From the UHGV virus genome UHGV-0082481: DNA of 27,357 bases. The stretch is one strand, 5' to 3'. The notes below the pieces were generated by a model that saw nothing but the letters and a program-made list of their open reading frames with translations, made no database searches and had not been told where the DNA came from. Of the stretch, positions 8,963 through 18,189 are shown in pieces; the first letter of the stretch is position 1; every line of letters starts with the position of its first letter. The stretch comes from a virus. Position numbers and translations under genes: made by a program.

Positions 8963-9166
8963 TCAGTCCCATAGCTGGACGGTCTGCACGGTGGTGGTTG
9001 TCGGAATGTCCGGCAGCTCCACCTGCAGCCCGTGAGGTAAAAAGGGGACGTATTCGGCAAGCCCCGGATTTGCCTTCAGTACCTGCTCCGTGACACCCTG
9101 CGTGCGCCCGTAATGACGCCAGCAAAGTGCGTCCACCGTGTCATACTGATGCGCACGCACTTTCAT
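8963..9166 (-). CDS. X: Tail protein X (P2 gpX-like)
   Basis: 67-aa ORF, size and position as for gpX. Confidence 0.8.
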   Translation of the reverse strand: MKVRAHQYDTVDALCWRHYGRTQGVTEQVLKANPGLAEYVPFLPHGLQVELPDIPTTTTVQTVQLWD

Positions 9167-9693
9167 CAGATAAGCTCCACTGTGCAGTGCGGCGCATCCT
9201 GCACCCGGCTGATGGCCCAGCGGGCGTCACGCCATAAATCACCGCTTGCTTCCGCCAGTTCCTCGCCTCGCTTCGCACCGGATGCCGTGGCGTCATAGTC
9301 CTGGTAACGTTCGTTGAGCATGGCGCGTGCCCAGCAATAAACCGCGTTGAAATAGTGCTGAATGCGCTCGCTTTTGCCGTCCAGTTGTTCCGCCGGGACT
9401 TCTGCCAGCGAGGCATACCCCAGCATCTGCTGGCGTCTGCGAAACTCATACAGCTCTGCGTTGACCTCCGAAATTGCCGACAGGGCAACCTGTTTTAAAC
9501 GCGGCTGCGTCACCGTGCCGTCAGTGCGCATCACACTGCGAAACTCCGACAGGTCCACATCAGGCCAGAACGGCGTATTCCTGATGATTTCCGCCTGTTC
9601 CGGTGCCTGTTCTGGCGCAACAAACTTCATGCTGCTTTCTCCTGAAATAGAGGGCGGTGGACGGGGTTTTGATGTGGCAGTGCCTTTCGCCAC
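9166..9693 (-). CDS. L: Head completion/stabilisation protein (P2 gpL-like)
   Basis: 175-aa ORF in conserved position between M and X. Confidence 0.85.
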   Translation of the reverse strand: MAKGTATSKPRPPPSISGESSMKFVAPEQAPEQAEIIRNTPFWPDVDLSEFRSVMRTDGTVTQPRLKQVALSAISEVNAELYEFRRRQQMLGYASLAEVPAEQLDGKSERIQHYFNAVYCWARAMLNERYQDYDATASGAKRGEELAEASGDLWRDARWAISRVQDAPHCTVELI

Positions 9694-9725
9694 CCCGTGC
9701 CGCCCGTGCGCGGGGGCACGTTCTG

Positions 9726-10376
9726 TCAGCGGCTGTCATTGCGCAGTCTGCGCTCCAGCTGCTGTTTGTCTTTTTTCACGCCACAGCGGGGATCGAGCTG
9801 TAACGCATGGTTGAGATGATTAAGGGCAGACGCCGGATTTCTTTCACTCAGGACAGCGCCAATCGCTTTATGCAGACGCGCCCGTGACTGGTCCGGCATA
9901 TCCATACCGTCTGTCAGCTCCAGGGTCTGCAGCAACAGATCGGCATCAAAGCCGGTGGCGGCAAGCATTGCGCTCTGGGCTGCATCTGCCATTTCCTCTG
10001 CCAGCACGGTCTGCACGTTGCGGTTACCTAACGGCATCACCCAGCCATGACGCAGGGCGTGACGCCCGATCTCCAGCGCCCCGGCATAATCTCCGGCATC
10101 AATGCGCCACAGCATCACGTACATCAGCACGTCATCCTGTTGAGCGCCTCCGGCAGCCAGGACACCCTCCGCCCAGGCGGCGTACTTCGGCAGCAGCTCC
10201 ACCTTGATTTCCGCTTTTTTGACCGTGGACTGAACGCCCTTGAGACGGCGGCGGTCTTCCGCCAGTTGCAGCAGCATCAGGTCATAGCCCGACGCGTGGC
10301 GAACGCTGCCGCCCTCGCGGGCGGCCTGTTCAGCCTGAACGCGCAGGCGATGCTGCCGTGCGGGACTCAGGCTCAT
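9726..10376 (-). CDS. M: Terminase small/endonuclease subunit (P2 gpM-like)
   Basis: 216-aa ORF immediately downstream of the major capsid gene in conserved O-N-M-L order. Confidence 0.8.
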   Translation of the reverse strand: MSLSPARQHRLRVQAEQAAREGGSVRHASGYDLMLLQLAEDRRRLKGVQSTVKKAEIKVELLPKYAAWAEGVLAAGGAQQDDVLMYVMLWRIDAGDYAGALEIGRHALRHGWVMPLGNRNVQTVLAEEMADAAQSAMLAATGFDADLLLQTLELTDGMDMPDQSRARLHKAIGAVLSERNPASALNHLNHALQLDPRCGVKKDKQQLERRLRNDSR

Positions 10377-10379
10377 GAA

Positions 10380-11438
10380 TTACGCTCCGGTTTCTGCTGC
10401 TGCGGCGCTGAAGTCGCCAATCTGGATGTTTTCCACCAGTGCGGCGCAGCGGTAGTCCTCAACCACATAGGCTTCGTTAACGGATTCAAAGTTTTCAATC
10501 CGGTCACGTTTCGGGTTGTCGATAACTGAGCGGCGGCGGGTGTCTTCCTGCCAGTAGATGGACAGGTTATCCAGACGGGTGATCAGCAGTGCATTCGGCG
10601 GGAAGAACGGCGCACGCACGGCCTGCAGGCCACCCATGCGTTTCTGACTGATGATCATATCGGCAGCCAGTTTTTCACTGTTTTCCTGCTCTTTGTTGAC
10701 CAGCGGGAAATACTTGTCAGACAGCAGTTCACGACCGCAAATCACCACCAGATCGTCATCGTCCTGGTAGACCACATCGATAAGCTCATTGACGGCATCC
10801 ATCACCACGGCGTCCAGGTTGGCATATTCGCCACCTTTCCCGACTTTCACCGCACCCGGTGTGGTTTCACCGCCCGTGGTGGTGCTGCCCATGACGTGAT
10901 CCGGTGCATCTTCACGGATTTTCTGCAGCCAGCCTTTGTTCACATCCTGCAGCAGCGGGTTATCGCTACGGTTGGAGGTTTTCGCACGCTTCACGCCGTT
11001 AAAGCCGATCATGATGCGGTCCAGTGCCTGACGTTTCACGATGGCGTCACGGATGCGCACCTGGAAATCCTGAAACTTCGCCCACAGGTCCAGCTTCGCG
11101 TAGGTCAGCACCGTGTCAAAGTTGGTCTGCTCGCATTTGTATTCCACATCGACCATCAGCGTCGGATCGACAGGTTCACGCTCTTTCGCGGTGGTGTCAG
11201 TGGTTCCGGCAATGGTGCTGCCAACTCCCAGCCCCAGCAGCTGACCGGACTGCTCAGTCACTGGCGTGACGTTAATCAGCGTCAGGAAAGCGGCGGACTG
11301 CTGGATCTGGTCTTCCAGCGTCTGCTGTACAGACGGCTCCACGGTGAACTTGCTGGACAGTTCTTCAACTGCCACACCGTTCAGACGCGCCAGCTGCTGC
11401 AGGTAAGCGTTAAAAGCAAAGCGGGTATTCTTCTTCAT
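10380..11438 (-). CDS. N: Major capsid protein (P2 gpN-like)
   Basis: 352-aa ORF, size and position as for gpN. Confidence 0.9.
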   Translation of the reverse strand: MKKNTRFAFNAYLQQLARLNGVAVEELSSKFTVEPSVQQTLEDQIQQSAAFLTLINVTPVTEQSGQLLGLGVGSTIAGTTDTTAKEREPVDPTLMVDVEYKCEQTNFDTVLTYAKLDLWAKFQDFQVRIRDAIVKRQALDRIMIGFNGVKRAKTSNRSDNPLLQDVNKGWLQKIREDAPDHVMGSTTTGGETTPGAVKVGKGGEYANLDAVVMDAVNELIDVVYQDDDDLVVICGRELLSDKYFPLVNKEQENSEKLAADMIISQKRMGGLQAVRAPFFPPNALLITRLDNLSIYWQEDTRRRSVIDNPKRDRIENFESVNEAYVVEDYRCAALVENIQIGDFSAAAAETGA

Positions 11439-11454
11439 CAGGTTTTGTGCTCCA

Positions 11455-12288
11455 TCAGCAATTGGTCAGAGTGTCAGCGGGGGCGTTACCGCCTGTTGCA
11501 CGCTGGCGGTAGTCCTGGCGGCTGTCTTCATGACTCAGCTTGTCCACCAGTTCGTTAAAGGCGGTTTGCTGTGCCTGCAGGGCAGTCTCCAGCGCAGACA
11601 GGCGTTCTTCCTGCTCAGACAGGGATTTTTCGGTGCGTGCGCTCAGGTTCTGCTGCTCAGTGGCGACCAGCTCCACGGCCTTATGCACATCAGAGAACCG
11701 GGCGTCATCGGACTGCTCTTTTTTGGTAAACAGCGCCGTGACGCGGGCAAACAGGGACGGTTTGTCGTCCTGGACTTCTTCCAGTTCGATCACCGTTTCC
11801 TCTGCGGCGGTAAAGAGATTGGCGGGATTCTGCTTGCGGTTTGCCAGCGGGTTATGGGCTGCACTGGCGCTGAATGTCAGCATTTCAGTGCCCAGACTGG
11901 CAGGGTCATCAGTGGCAGCCAGGCCGACCAGGTAGGCTTTGCCCGTATCAGCGAACTTCGGGCTGACTTCCATAGAGGTGAATAATTTCTGGCCTTTTTT
12001 CACCAGTTCCACCAGGGACTCCGTTGGCTCAACGTCAGCATACAGCGCCATCTTGCCTGCCAGCGGACCTTCCGTGATTTCTTCAGCAAACAGCGCCGTC
12101 ACCTTGCCGTAGCGGTTAAAGGTGCTGTCCGGCAGATAAGACTTGATGTGCTCAAGGTTAATCAGCGCGGTATACACCGCCGGGTTATAGCTGGCTGCCA
12201 TCTGTTCCAGCCATTCACGCTGGATTTCGCGTCCGTCGGTGGTGGCACCTTCCACCCCGATGCGAAAACGCTTTGCTTTCACTGTCAT
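11455..12288 (-). CDS. O: Capsid scaffolding protein (P2 gpO-like)
   Basis: 277-aa ORF, first gene of the minus-strand late operon, divergent from P. Confidence 0.85.
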   Translation of the reverse strand: MTVKAKRFRIGVEGATTDGREIQREWLEQMAASYNPAVYTALINLEHIKSYLPDSTFNRYGKVTALFAEEITEGPLAGKMALYADVEPTESLVELVKKGQKLFTSMEVSPKFADTGKAYLVGLAATDDPASLGTEMLTFSASAAHNPLANRKQNPANLFTAAEETVIELEEVQDDKPSLFARVTALFTKKEQSDDARFSDVHKAVELVATEQQNLSARTEKSLSEQEERLSALETALQAQQTAFNELVDKLSHEDSRQDYRQRATGGNAPADTLTNC

Positions 12289-12366
12289 GAGCCGTGCTCC
12301 GTTAGAAAAAACTTACTGGAGCCTTATGGTTGCGGTGATGGGGGCAGTGAAACAATGCGCGGTATT

Positions 12367-12384
12367 TGTACCGACAACCACACA
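12367..12384. promoter_or_regulatory. TGT-N12-ACA dyad, candidate Ogr/Delta-type activator site for a late promoter in the O/P divergent region
   Basis: TGTaccgacaaccacACA between divergent O (start 12288) and P (start 12431); P2-family late promoters carry a TGT-N12-ACA dyad centred near -55, which would place a leftward start about 30 nt upstream of O. Confidence 0.3.
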
Positions 12385-12430
12385 AACCGCAGGCGGGGAA
12401 AGCCTTCATTCAAGGCTGTAGGTTTGTGCC

Positions 12431-14197
12431 ATGAACACCACACTGACACCCGCAGATCTCGATCCCCGTCGGCAGGCCATGCTGCTGTACTTTCAGGGAT
12501 ACCGCGTAGCCCGCATTGCTGAAATGCTGGGCGAGAAAGTTGCAACCGTTCACAGCTGGAAAAAACGCGACAAGTGGGGTGACTATGGGCCGCTGGATCA
12601 GATGCAGCTCACCACCGCCGCACGCTACTGCCAGCTCATTATGAAGGAGCACAAAGAAGGGAAAGATTTCAAAGAGATTGACCTGCTGGCGCGCCAGTCG
12701 GAGCGCCATGCGCGGATCGGCAAGTTTAACAATGGCGGCAACGAAGCCGACTTAAACCCTAACGTCGCCAACCGCAACAAAGGCCCGCGCCGTCAGCCGG
12801 AAAAGAACGTTTTCACCGATGAACAGATTGAGAAGTTGGAAGAAATCTTCCATTCCTCCATGTTCAACTACCAGCGCCACTGGTGGGAAGCCGGAAAAAC
12901 CAACCGCATCCGCAACCTGCTGAAGTCACGCCAGATCGGCGCGACCTTCTATTTTGCCCGTGAAGCCCTGATTGACGCCCTGCTAACCGGGCGTAACCAG
13001 ATTTTCCTTTCCGCCAGCAAGGCTCAGGCCCACGTCTTTAAGCAGTACATCATCGACTTCGCCAAAGAAGTGGAGGTGGAGCTGAAAGGCGATCCGATGG
13101 TGCTTCCTAACGGGGCCACGCTGTACTTCCTCGGCACCAATGCCCGCACGGCCCAGAGTTACCACGGCAACTTGTATCTGGATGAATATTTCTGGATACC
13201 GAAATTCCAGGAGCTGCGCAAAGTGGCTTCCGGTATGGCTATTCACAAAAAATGGCGACAAACCTATTTTTCCACGCCATCCAGCCTGACACACAGTGCT
13301 TATCCGTTCTGGTCCGGTGCGCTGTTCAACCGAGGGCGCAACAAAGCCGATAAGGTGGACATCGACCTGTCCCACAGCAATCTGGCCCCCGGCCTGCTGT
13401 GCGCAGACGGGCAGTACCGCCAGATAGTCACTGTGGAAGATGCGGTGCGCGGCGGCTGTAACCTGTTCGACCTCGACCAGTTGCGCATGGAGTACAGCCC
13501 GGACGAATACCAGAACCTGCTGATGTGTGAGTTCGTGGACGATCTCGCGTCTGTGTTCCCACTCAGCGAGCTGCAGGCGTGCATGGTGGACAGTTGGGAA
13601 GTCTGGACCGACTTTCATGCACTGGCCCTGCGCCCGTTTGGCTGGCACGAAGTGTGGATCGGATATGACCCGGCGAAAGGTACGCAGAACGGCGACAGCG
13701 CCGGATGCGTGGTGGTGGCGCCGCCAGCCGTGCCGGGCGGTAAGTTCCGCATTCTTGAGCGTCACCAGTGGCGCGGAATGGACTTCCGCGCCCAGGCTGA
13801 CGCCATCAAAAAACTGACCGAACAGTACAACGTGACCTATATCGGTATCGACTCAACCGGCGTTGGTCACGGGGTTTACGAGAACGTGAAAGCGTTTTTT
13901 CCTGCCGTCCGGGAGTTTGTCTACAACCCCAACGTTAAAAACGCCCTGGTACTCAAGGCCTACGACATTATCAGCCACCGCCGTCTGGAGTTTGACGCCG
14001 GACACACCGACATAGCGCAGTCCTTTATGGCAATCCGTCGCGCCACCACCGCCAGTGGCAACCGCCCGACCTATGAAGCCAGCCGCAGCGAAGAAGCCAG
14101 CCACGCCGATCTGGCCTGGGCAACGATGCACGCACTGTTTAACGAACCGCTGCAGGGCGAATCCGCCAATACCAGCAATATTGTGGAGATTTTTTGA
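12431..14197 (+). CDS. P: Terminase large (ATPase) subunit (P2 gpP-like)
   Basis: 588-aa ORF, divergent from O and followed by the portal gene with ATGA overlap, as in P2. Confidence 0.9.
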   Translation: MNTTLTPADLDPRRQAMLLYFQGYRVARIAEMLGEKVATVHSWKKRDKWGDYGPLDQMQLTTAARYCQLIMKEHKEGKDFKEIDLLARQSERHARIGKFNNGGNEADLNPNVANRNKGPRRQPEKNVFTDEQIEKLEEIFHSSMFNYQRHWWEAGKTNRIRNLLKSRQIGATFYFAREALIDALLTGRNQIFLSASKAQAHVFKQYIIDFAKEVEVELKGDPMVLPNGATLYFLGTNARTAQSYHGNLYLDEYFWIPKFQELRKVASGMAIHKKWRQTYFSTPSSLTHSAYPFWSGALFNRGRNKADKVDIDLSHSNLAPGLLCADGQYRQIVTVEDAVRGGCNLFDLDQLRMEYSPDEYQNLLMCEFVDDLASVFPLSELQACMVDSWEVWTDFHALALRPFGWHEVWIGYDPAKGTQNGDSAGCVVVAPPAVPGGKFRILERHQWRGMDFRAQADAIKKLTEQYNVTYIGIDSTGVGHGVYENVKAFFPAVREFVYNPNVKNALVLKAYDIISHRRLEFDAGHTDIAQSFMAIRRATTASGNRPTYEASRSEEASHADLAWATMHALFNEPLQGESANTSNIVEIF

Positions 14198-15228
14198 TGG
14201 GAAAGAGTAAGAAGAACCGCGCTGCGGCGACGAAACAGATCCAGCTTAAAAGTCAAACTACAGCCGAAGCATTCAGCTTCGGCGATCCCGTTCCTGTTCT
14301 GGACCGCCGAGAACTGCTGGATTATGTGGAATGCGTACAGATGGACCGTTGGTATGAGCCGCCCGTCAGCTTTGACGGACTGGCGCGCACCTTCCGCGCC
14401 GCCGTGCATCACAGTTCCCCGATTGCAGTAAAGTGCAACATTCTGACCAGTACCTATATCCCTCATCCGCTGCTCAGCCAGCAGGCTTTTTCGCGTTTTG
14501 TGCAGGACTATCTGGTATTTGGTAACGCCTACCTGGAGAAACGCACGAACCGATTCGGTGAAGTTATCGCTCTTGAGCCTGCGCTTGCAAAATACACCCG
14601 ACGCGGATTAGACCTGGATACCTACTGGTTTATGCAATACGGTATGACAACCCAGCCGTATCAGTTCACGAAAGGCAGCATTTTTCATCTGATGGAACCG
14701 GATATTAATCAGGAGATCTACGGCCTGCCCGGCTATCTTTCTGCCATCCCATCCGCTTTGCTCAACGAGTCCGCCACGCTGTTCCGCCGCAAGTATTACA
14801 TTAACGGCAGTCATGCAGGCTTCATCATGTACATGACCGATGCGGCGCAGAACCAGGAGGATGTGAACAACCTCCGCAACGCGATGAAAAGCGCCAAAGG
14901 TCCAGGCAATTTCCGCAACCTGTTTATGTACTCACCTAATGGCAAAAAGGATGGGCTTCAGATCATTCCTCTGTCAGAAGTTGCGGCGAAGGATGAGTTT
15001 CTGAATATCAAAAATGTCAGCCGCGATGACATGATGGCTGCGCACCGCGTACCACCGCAAATGATGGGGATTATACCTAATAATGTTGGAGGATTTGGGG
15101 ATGTGGAAAAGGCTAGCTGTGTGTTTGTGAGGAATGAGCTAATACCATTACAGGAAAGAATAAAAGGATTAAATAGTTGGTCTAATGAGAATATAATCCA
15201 ATTCAAACCGTATACACTTGAATTCTAA
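14194..15228 (+). CDS. Q: Portal protein (P2 gpQ-like)
   Basis: 344-aa ORF, same length as P2 gpQ, immediately after P. Confidence 0.9.
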   Translation: MMGKSKKNRAAATKQIQLKSQTTAEAFSFGDPVPVLDRRELLDYVECVQMDRWYEPPVSFDGLARTFRAAVHHSSPIAVKCNILTSTYIPHPLLSQQAFSRFVQDYLVFGNAYLEKRTNRFGEVIALEPALAKYTRRGLDLDTYWFMQYGMTTQPYQFTKGSIFHLMEPDINQEIYGLPGYLSAIPSALLNESATLFRRKYYINGSHAGFIMYMTDAAQNQEDVNNLRNAMKSAKGPGNFRNLFMYSPNGKKDGLQIIPLSEVAAKDEFLNIKNVSRDDMMAAHRVPPQMMGIIPNNVGGFGDVEKASCVFVRNELIPLQERIKGLNSWSNENIIQFKPYTLEF

Positions 15229-15231
15229 GAT

Positions 15232-15257
15232 AATGGGCGCCTACATAGGCGCCATTA
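15232..15257. terminator. Hairpin between convergent Q and the 422-aa ATPase gene
   Basis: Inverted repeat aatgggcgcc-tacata-ggcgccatta (self-complementary GGCGCC arms) in the 48-bp convergent intergenic space, A/T-rich flanks. Confidence 0.4.
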
Positions 15258-15276
15258 TCTATAATAAAGACATGAA

Positions 15277-16545
15277 TTAATTTGGCAACTCCAAATCATC
15301 CTTTAGATCTTTGATATCTTGATGTTGCAACCATATTAGGAAGCCTTTATCAACAACATTCAGTTTCCTATTTGTTTGGTCATAATCCAAAATAATAGGC
15401 ATTATATTTTTCTTTATTTGCAAAGACGCCGTTGATTGTAACGACTGAGTAACATTACCCAGGTTTAACTTCTCCCCTCTTGGATGTACACTTTGTAATA
15501 TTGCCCTTATATCTTTAAATTTCAAACCTAATTCAAGTTCACTAATGGTTGATGAAAGGACAGGATATAAAATCCATTTATGCATTTGAAGTTCAGTATC
15601 TTGAAATCCATCTGAAAAATTAATAAGGAAAGAATTGTAACGAGCCGATTGGTCATTAACAATTTTTGCAATGATATCCTTTCCATCCAAACCAGCTCCA
15701 ATAGTTCTTTTTGTTTGCTGAGTCTCTGATATTCCGCATTCAATACACGCACGCCTACATGCTTCTTGCACTAAATAAATACTATTGAGACAGTGTGTTA
15801 CTACATCTGCTTTGAAAGTTGGATCAAAATCAATGTTAAGGAGTAAACCTCCTTTATCAATTGCCATCTCCAGTTCAGAATCTTGCCATTTGTCTGCGTT
15901 AACAGAAATAATCCTGCCAGTTAAGTCACCATTGTAAACAATGAGCCGATTATCTTCTAGCCAAACTCCAACAATTACAAAAATAATGCTTGATGTTTCA
16001 TGAAAGGCTTTTAATGCGATCGAAAAATCTCTTTGAGTTTCGAAAGGCATATAATGAAAATCCTCAAGAACGATAATCTTCTTGAAATTTATAGATTTTA
16101 AAGCCGCTATAACATCATTAACATCATCAACATCAATTTCTAAAGGCGCGGTTACTTGTTCATGAGATTTCGTATCTTCGATCTCGCCTCCGGCACTCGC
16201 CACAAAACCCAAAATAGAAGTTTTTATTGATGCGATTATTTTATTTTTCCCCGTAATACCTTTCTTGGTAGACTGAGTTATTTCGAATCCAGCTCTTTTT
16301 AAAATACTTGCATTCAATTCAGATACATCAGAACGATTCGAACACTGCACCAAAATATAATCATCAGAATTAATACAGTGTTTTCTTACGCAAGTCTTAC
16401 CCTGCTTTGAACTGCCGTAAATAACAATATGTTTCTTTGCTTGTAATTCCTGTTTAAGTTTGAAATCAACATCAGGTCTTTCAATGTAATTAAGTGGCAA
16501 ATCTCTTGAGAGCCCAAAGATATCATTCGTATCAAAAATTTCCAT
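15277..16545 (-). CDS. P-loop ATPase of unknown function (accessory/moron gene)
   Basis: 422-aa ORF, strongly AT-rich; Walker A GSSKQGKT and Walker B-like KIIVLEDFH; convergent with Q, lying between the portal gene and the candidate cos/accessory region. Confidence 0.7.
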   Translation of the reverse strand: MEIFDTNDIFGLSRDLPLNYIERPDVDFKLKQELQAKKHIVIYGSSKQGKTCVRKHCINSDDYILVQCSNRSDVSELNASILKRAGFEITQSTKKGITGKNKIIASIKTSILGFVASAGGEIEDTKSHEQVTAPLEIDVDDVNDVIAALKSINFKKIIVLEDFHYMPFETQRDFSIALKAFHETSSIIFVIVGVWLEDNRLIVYNGDLTGRIISVNADKWQDSELEMAIDKGGLLLNIDFDPTFKADVVTHCLNSIYLVQEACRRACIECGISETQQTKRTIGAGLDGKDIIAKIVNDQSARYNSFLINFSDGFQDTELQMHKWILYPVLSSTISELELGLKFKDIRAILQSVHPRGEKLNLGNVTQSLQSTASLQIKKNIMPIILDYDQTNRKLNVVDKGFLIWLQHQDIKDLKDDLELPN

Positions 16546-16660
16546 TTTAATATTCTCAACGTTCAGAATTTGCTACTAAACATATAATGCTCCGCGTTTT
16601 TTTGCAACTTGTCTCGAATATTTATATGAGATTGTTCTCATATAAATTAACCAGCGCGCG

Positions 16661-16679
16661 CTCGTATCCCCGCCACGCC
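16661..16679 (-). other. Candidate cohesive-end (cos) core
   Basis: Minus strand reads GGCGTGGCGGGGATACGAG; the first 13 nt match the 19-nt cohesive end I recall for phage 186 (GGCGTGGCGGGGAAAGCAT; P2 differs by one base in that stretch). Recalled from memory, not verified. Confidence 0.3.
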
Positions 16680-16728
16680 TGCCCGCTTTATGTAGTGGTT
16701 TTCATGCAGGTGCATGATCTACGCAAAA

Positions 16729-16748
16729 GCCCGCCAGTTCTGGCGGGC
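16729..16748 (-). terminator. GC-rich hairpin with T-run on the minus strand
   Basis: GCCCGCCAG-ttc-TGGCGGGC perfect 9-bp stem preceded on the plus strand by AAAA (TTTT after the stem on the minus strand). Confidence 0.4.
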
Positions 16749-17021
16749 CTTAGCAAAAACGATCCTCAAACGATCATGCAATCTCATGCAGCATAGACAT
16801 GCACAGACGAGTAAAGCGAATCGGACTTTACGCAAGGTGAACTCCTCAGCGGGTATAATCAGTATGTCGGAAAATCTCTAAAAATAAATAATTCGGTTAA
16901 CAGGTATGCTTACAAAAGCATATATTTGATTAAAAATCATGTAAGGGGGAGGATCTCAAACTGAATCGCCACGGGTTTTACAAATTTCGATAGTCTCTCT
17001 AACGTTTCGGATGAGGTCAAA

Positions 17022-17447
17022 ATGAAAAGCTTTTACGTATTAATTTTAATTCTGGTTGCAAGCTTTGTTAGCGTCCCAGTTCAGGCGGTAACAGCTAAAA
17101 ACTATGAGAAAGGAACTAAAGCTCAACAGAAATCAATATCTTACCTTTCATGTGCATTCTATGGCAGTAGCACACAATTAGATCCTAGCTACACGGGGCA
17201 AGTACCTACAGCCGATATCAAGATATTACAGAAAGCAGCTTACCACGCTTACAACGATGCGCTCTCATACTTTGGCTATGAGGAACCAGATCACGAACAA
17301 CGCATAATTGATTATGCTGAATTTGTGGCGTCGCAAGAAGCTGTGTTATGGGATAAGCCGGGAATGAATGGAAAGCAGGTAACACTAATTGCTCGTTCTC
17401 TCTACAATGAGAGTAACTGTAACTTGTTACTGGACTCAATTAAGTAG
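17022..17447 (+). CDS. Small secreted protein of unknown function (accessory gene)
   Basis: 141-aa ORF with a typical signal peptide (MKSFYVLILILVASFVSVPVQA), GAGG about 8 nt upstream of the ATG, AT-rich; opposite in orientation to the flanking phage genes. Confidence 0.6.
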   Translation: MKSFYVLILILVASFVSVPVQAVTAKNYEKGTKAQQKSISYLSCAFYGSSTQLDPSYTGQVPTADIKILQKAAYHAYNDALSYFGYEEPDHEQRIIDYAEFVASQEAVLWDKPGMNGKQVTLIARSLYNESNCNLLLDSIK

Positions 17448-17606
17448 GAAAAAGATGGTATTTTGCCGGTAGTTTCAACCTTAATCTCCGAACCTGTCGC
17501 AGAACGGGCGTTCACTCATCAAATAAACGCCACACCTAACGCCTCACTGTACTCGTTGTTCAACCTTGCTGACGCCAGAACCAAGTTCAGACGCCAGCAA
17601 CTTTTC

Positions 17607-17840
17607 TTAATGCAGCCAGCTGTCGTCTTCCCACACCTTCTGCATAATTTTCATCACTTGTTTTCTTTCTTCGTCCAGTTGCAGTCCGGTCAGTTCCACA
17701 CCGTTAGAGCTACCTTTGCGGATGCGAATTACCGTTTTGGGATACAGGGGGCGCAGATTGCGGTAAAGCTCTGATTCAAGGGCGTCCAGGGTAGACTGGC
17801 TAATCTTCTGCTCTTTATCGATCATTATTTCAATGCGCAT
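17607..17840 (-). CDS. DinI-family protein (186 Tum C-terminal-like; possible SOS antirepressor component)
   Basis: ORF 17607-17912; start at the internal Met (17840) gives a 77-aa protein MRIEIMIDKEQ...KVWEDDSWLH that parallels E. coli DinI (MRIEVTIAK...ETWESADDWFVSE); GAGGTG RBS upstream; downstream of a LexA box. Confidence 0.7.
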   Translation of the reverse strand: MRIEIMIDKEQKISQSTLDALESELYRNLRPLYPKTVIRIRKGSSNGVELTGLQLDEERKQVMKIMQKVWEDDSWLH

Positions 17841-17850
17841 AAAAGTCACC

Positions 17851-18039
17851 TCAACTGATGACATCCATTGAGCGGTTGTATTCGTGAGTTCTGATTTTTG
17901 CCATGAGTTCATCAGTCAACTCAGAAACCCACTGCAGAGCCAGCCCCTTCTCTTCATCACTACACTCACTAGCCGCTACAAGCTTAAGAAAAAAATCAAT
18001 GCGCTGGAGCTTCAAAGACTCCAAAAAATAGTCCTGCAT
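17851..18039 (-). CDS. Small protein, first ORF of the LexA-controlled operon
   Basis: ORF 17851-18138; plausible start at the internal Met (18039, MQDYFLESLKLQRIDFF...) with GGAGG upstream, about 40 nt below the LexA box; ends 10 nt before the DinI-like start in a different frame. Confidence 0.4.
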   Translation of the reverse strand: MQDYFLESLKLQRIDFFLKLVAASECSDEEKGLALQWVSELTDELMAKIRTHEYNRSMDVIS

Positions 18040-18077
18040 CTTTCCTCCTATGACACCAAAAATACTGTATATACAAT

Positions 18078-18097
18078 CACTGTTTATATTTACAGTA
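18078..18097. promoter_or_regulatory. LexA (SOS) box
   Basis: caCTGTttatatttACAGta fits the CTGT-N8-ACAG consensus with an AT-rich spacer; an overlapping half-site TACTGTATATA lies just upstream (18063-18073). Confidence 0.7.
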
Positions 18098-18189
18098 TAT
18101 AATAATCTTACTGATGTAAAACGTTTTTTTACGTTCATCAGCCTGATATGCCTGGTATTATTAAGAGCACGAATTGTTAACCCGCGTAA

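Noticed and set aside
12983-13765. 260-aa minus-strand ORF
   Set aside because: Antisense within the terminase large-subunit gene P; no RBS or conserved motif.
16587-16796. 69-aa plus-strand ORF
   Set aside because: Overlaps the candidate cos motif and the GC-rich hairpin; no RBS; the region is better explained as non-coding.
17463-17774. 103-aa plus-strand ORF
   Set aside because: Antisense to the DinI-like gene, whose motif support is stronger.
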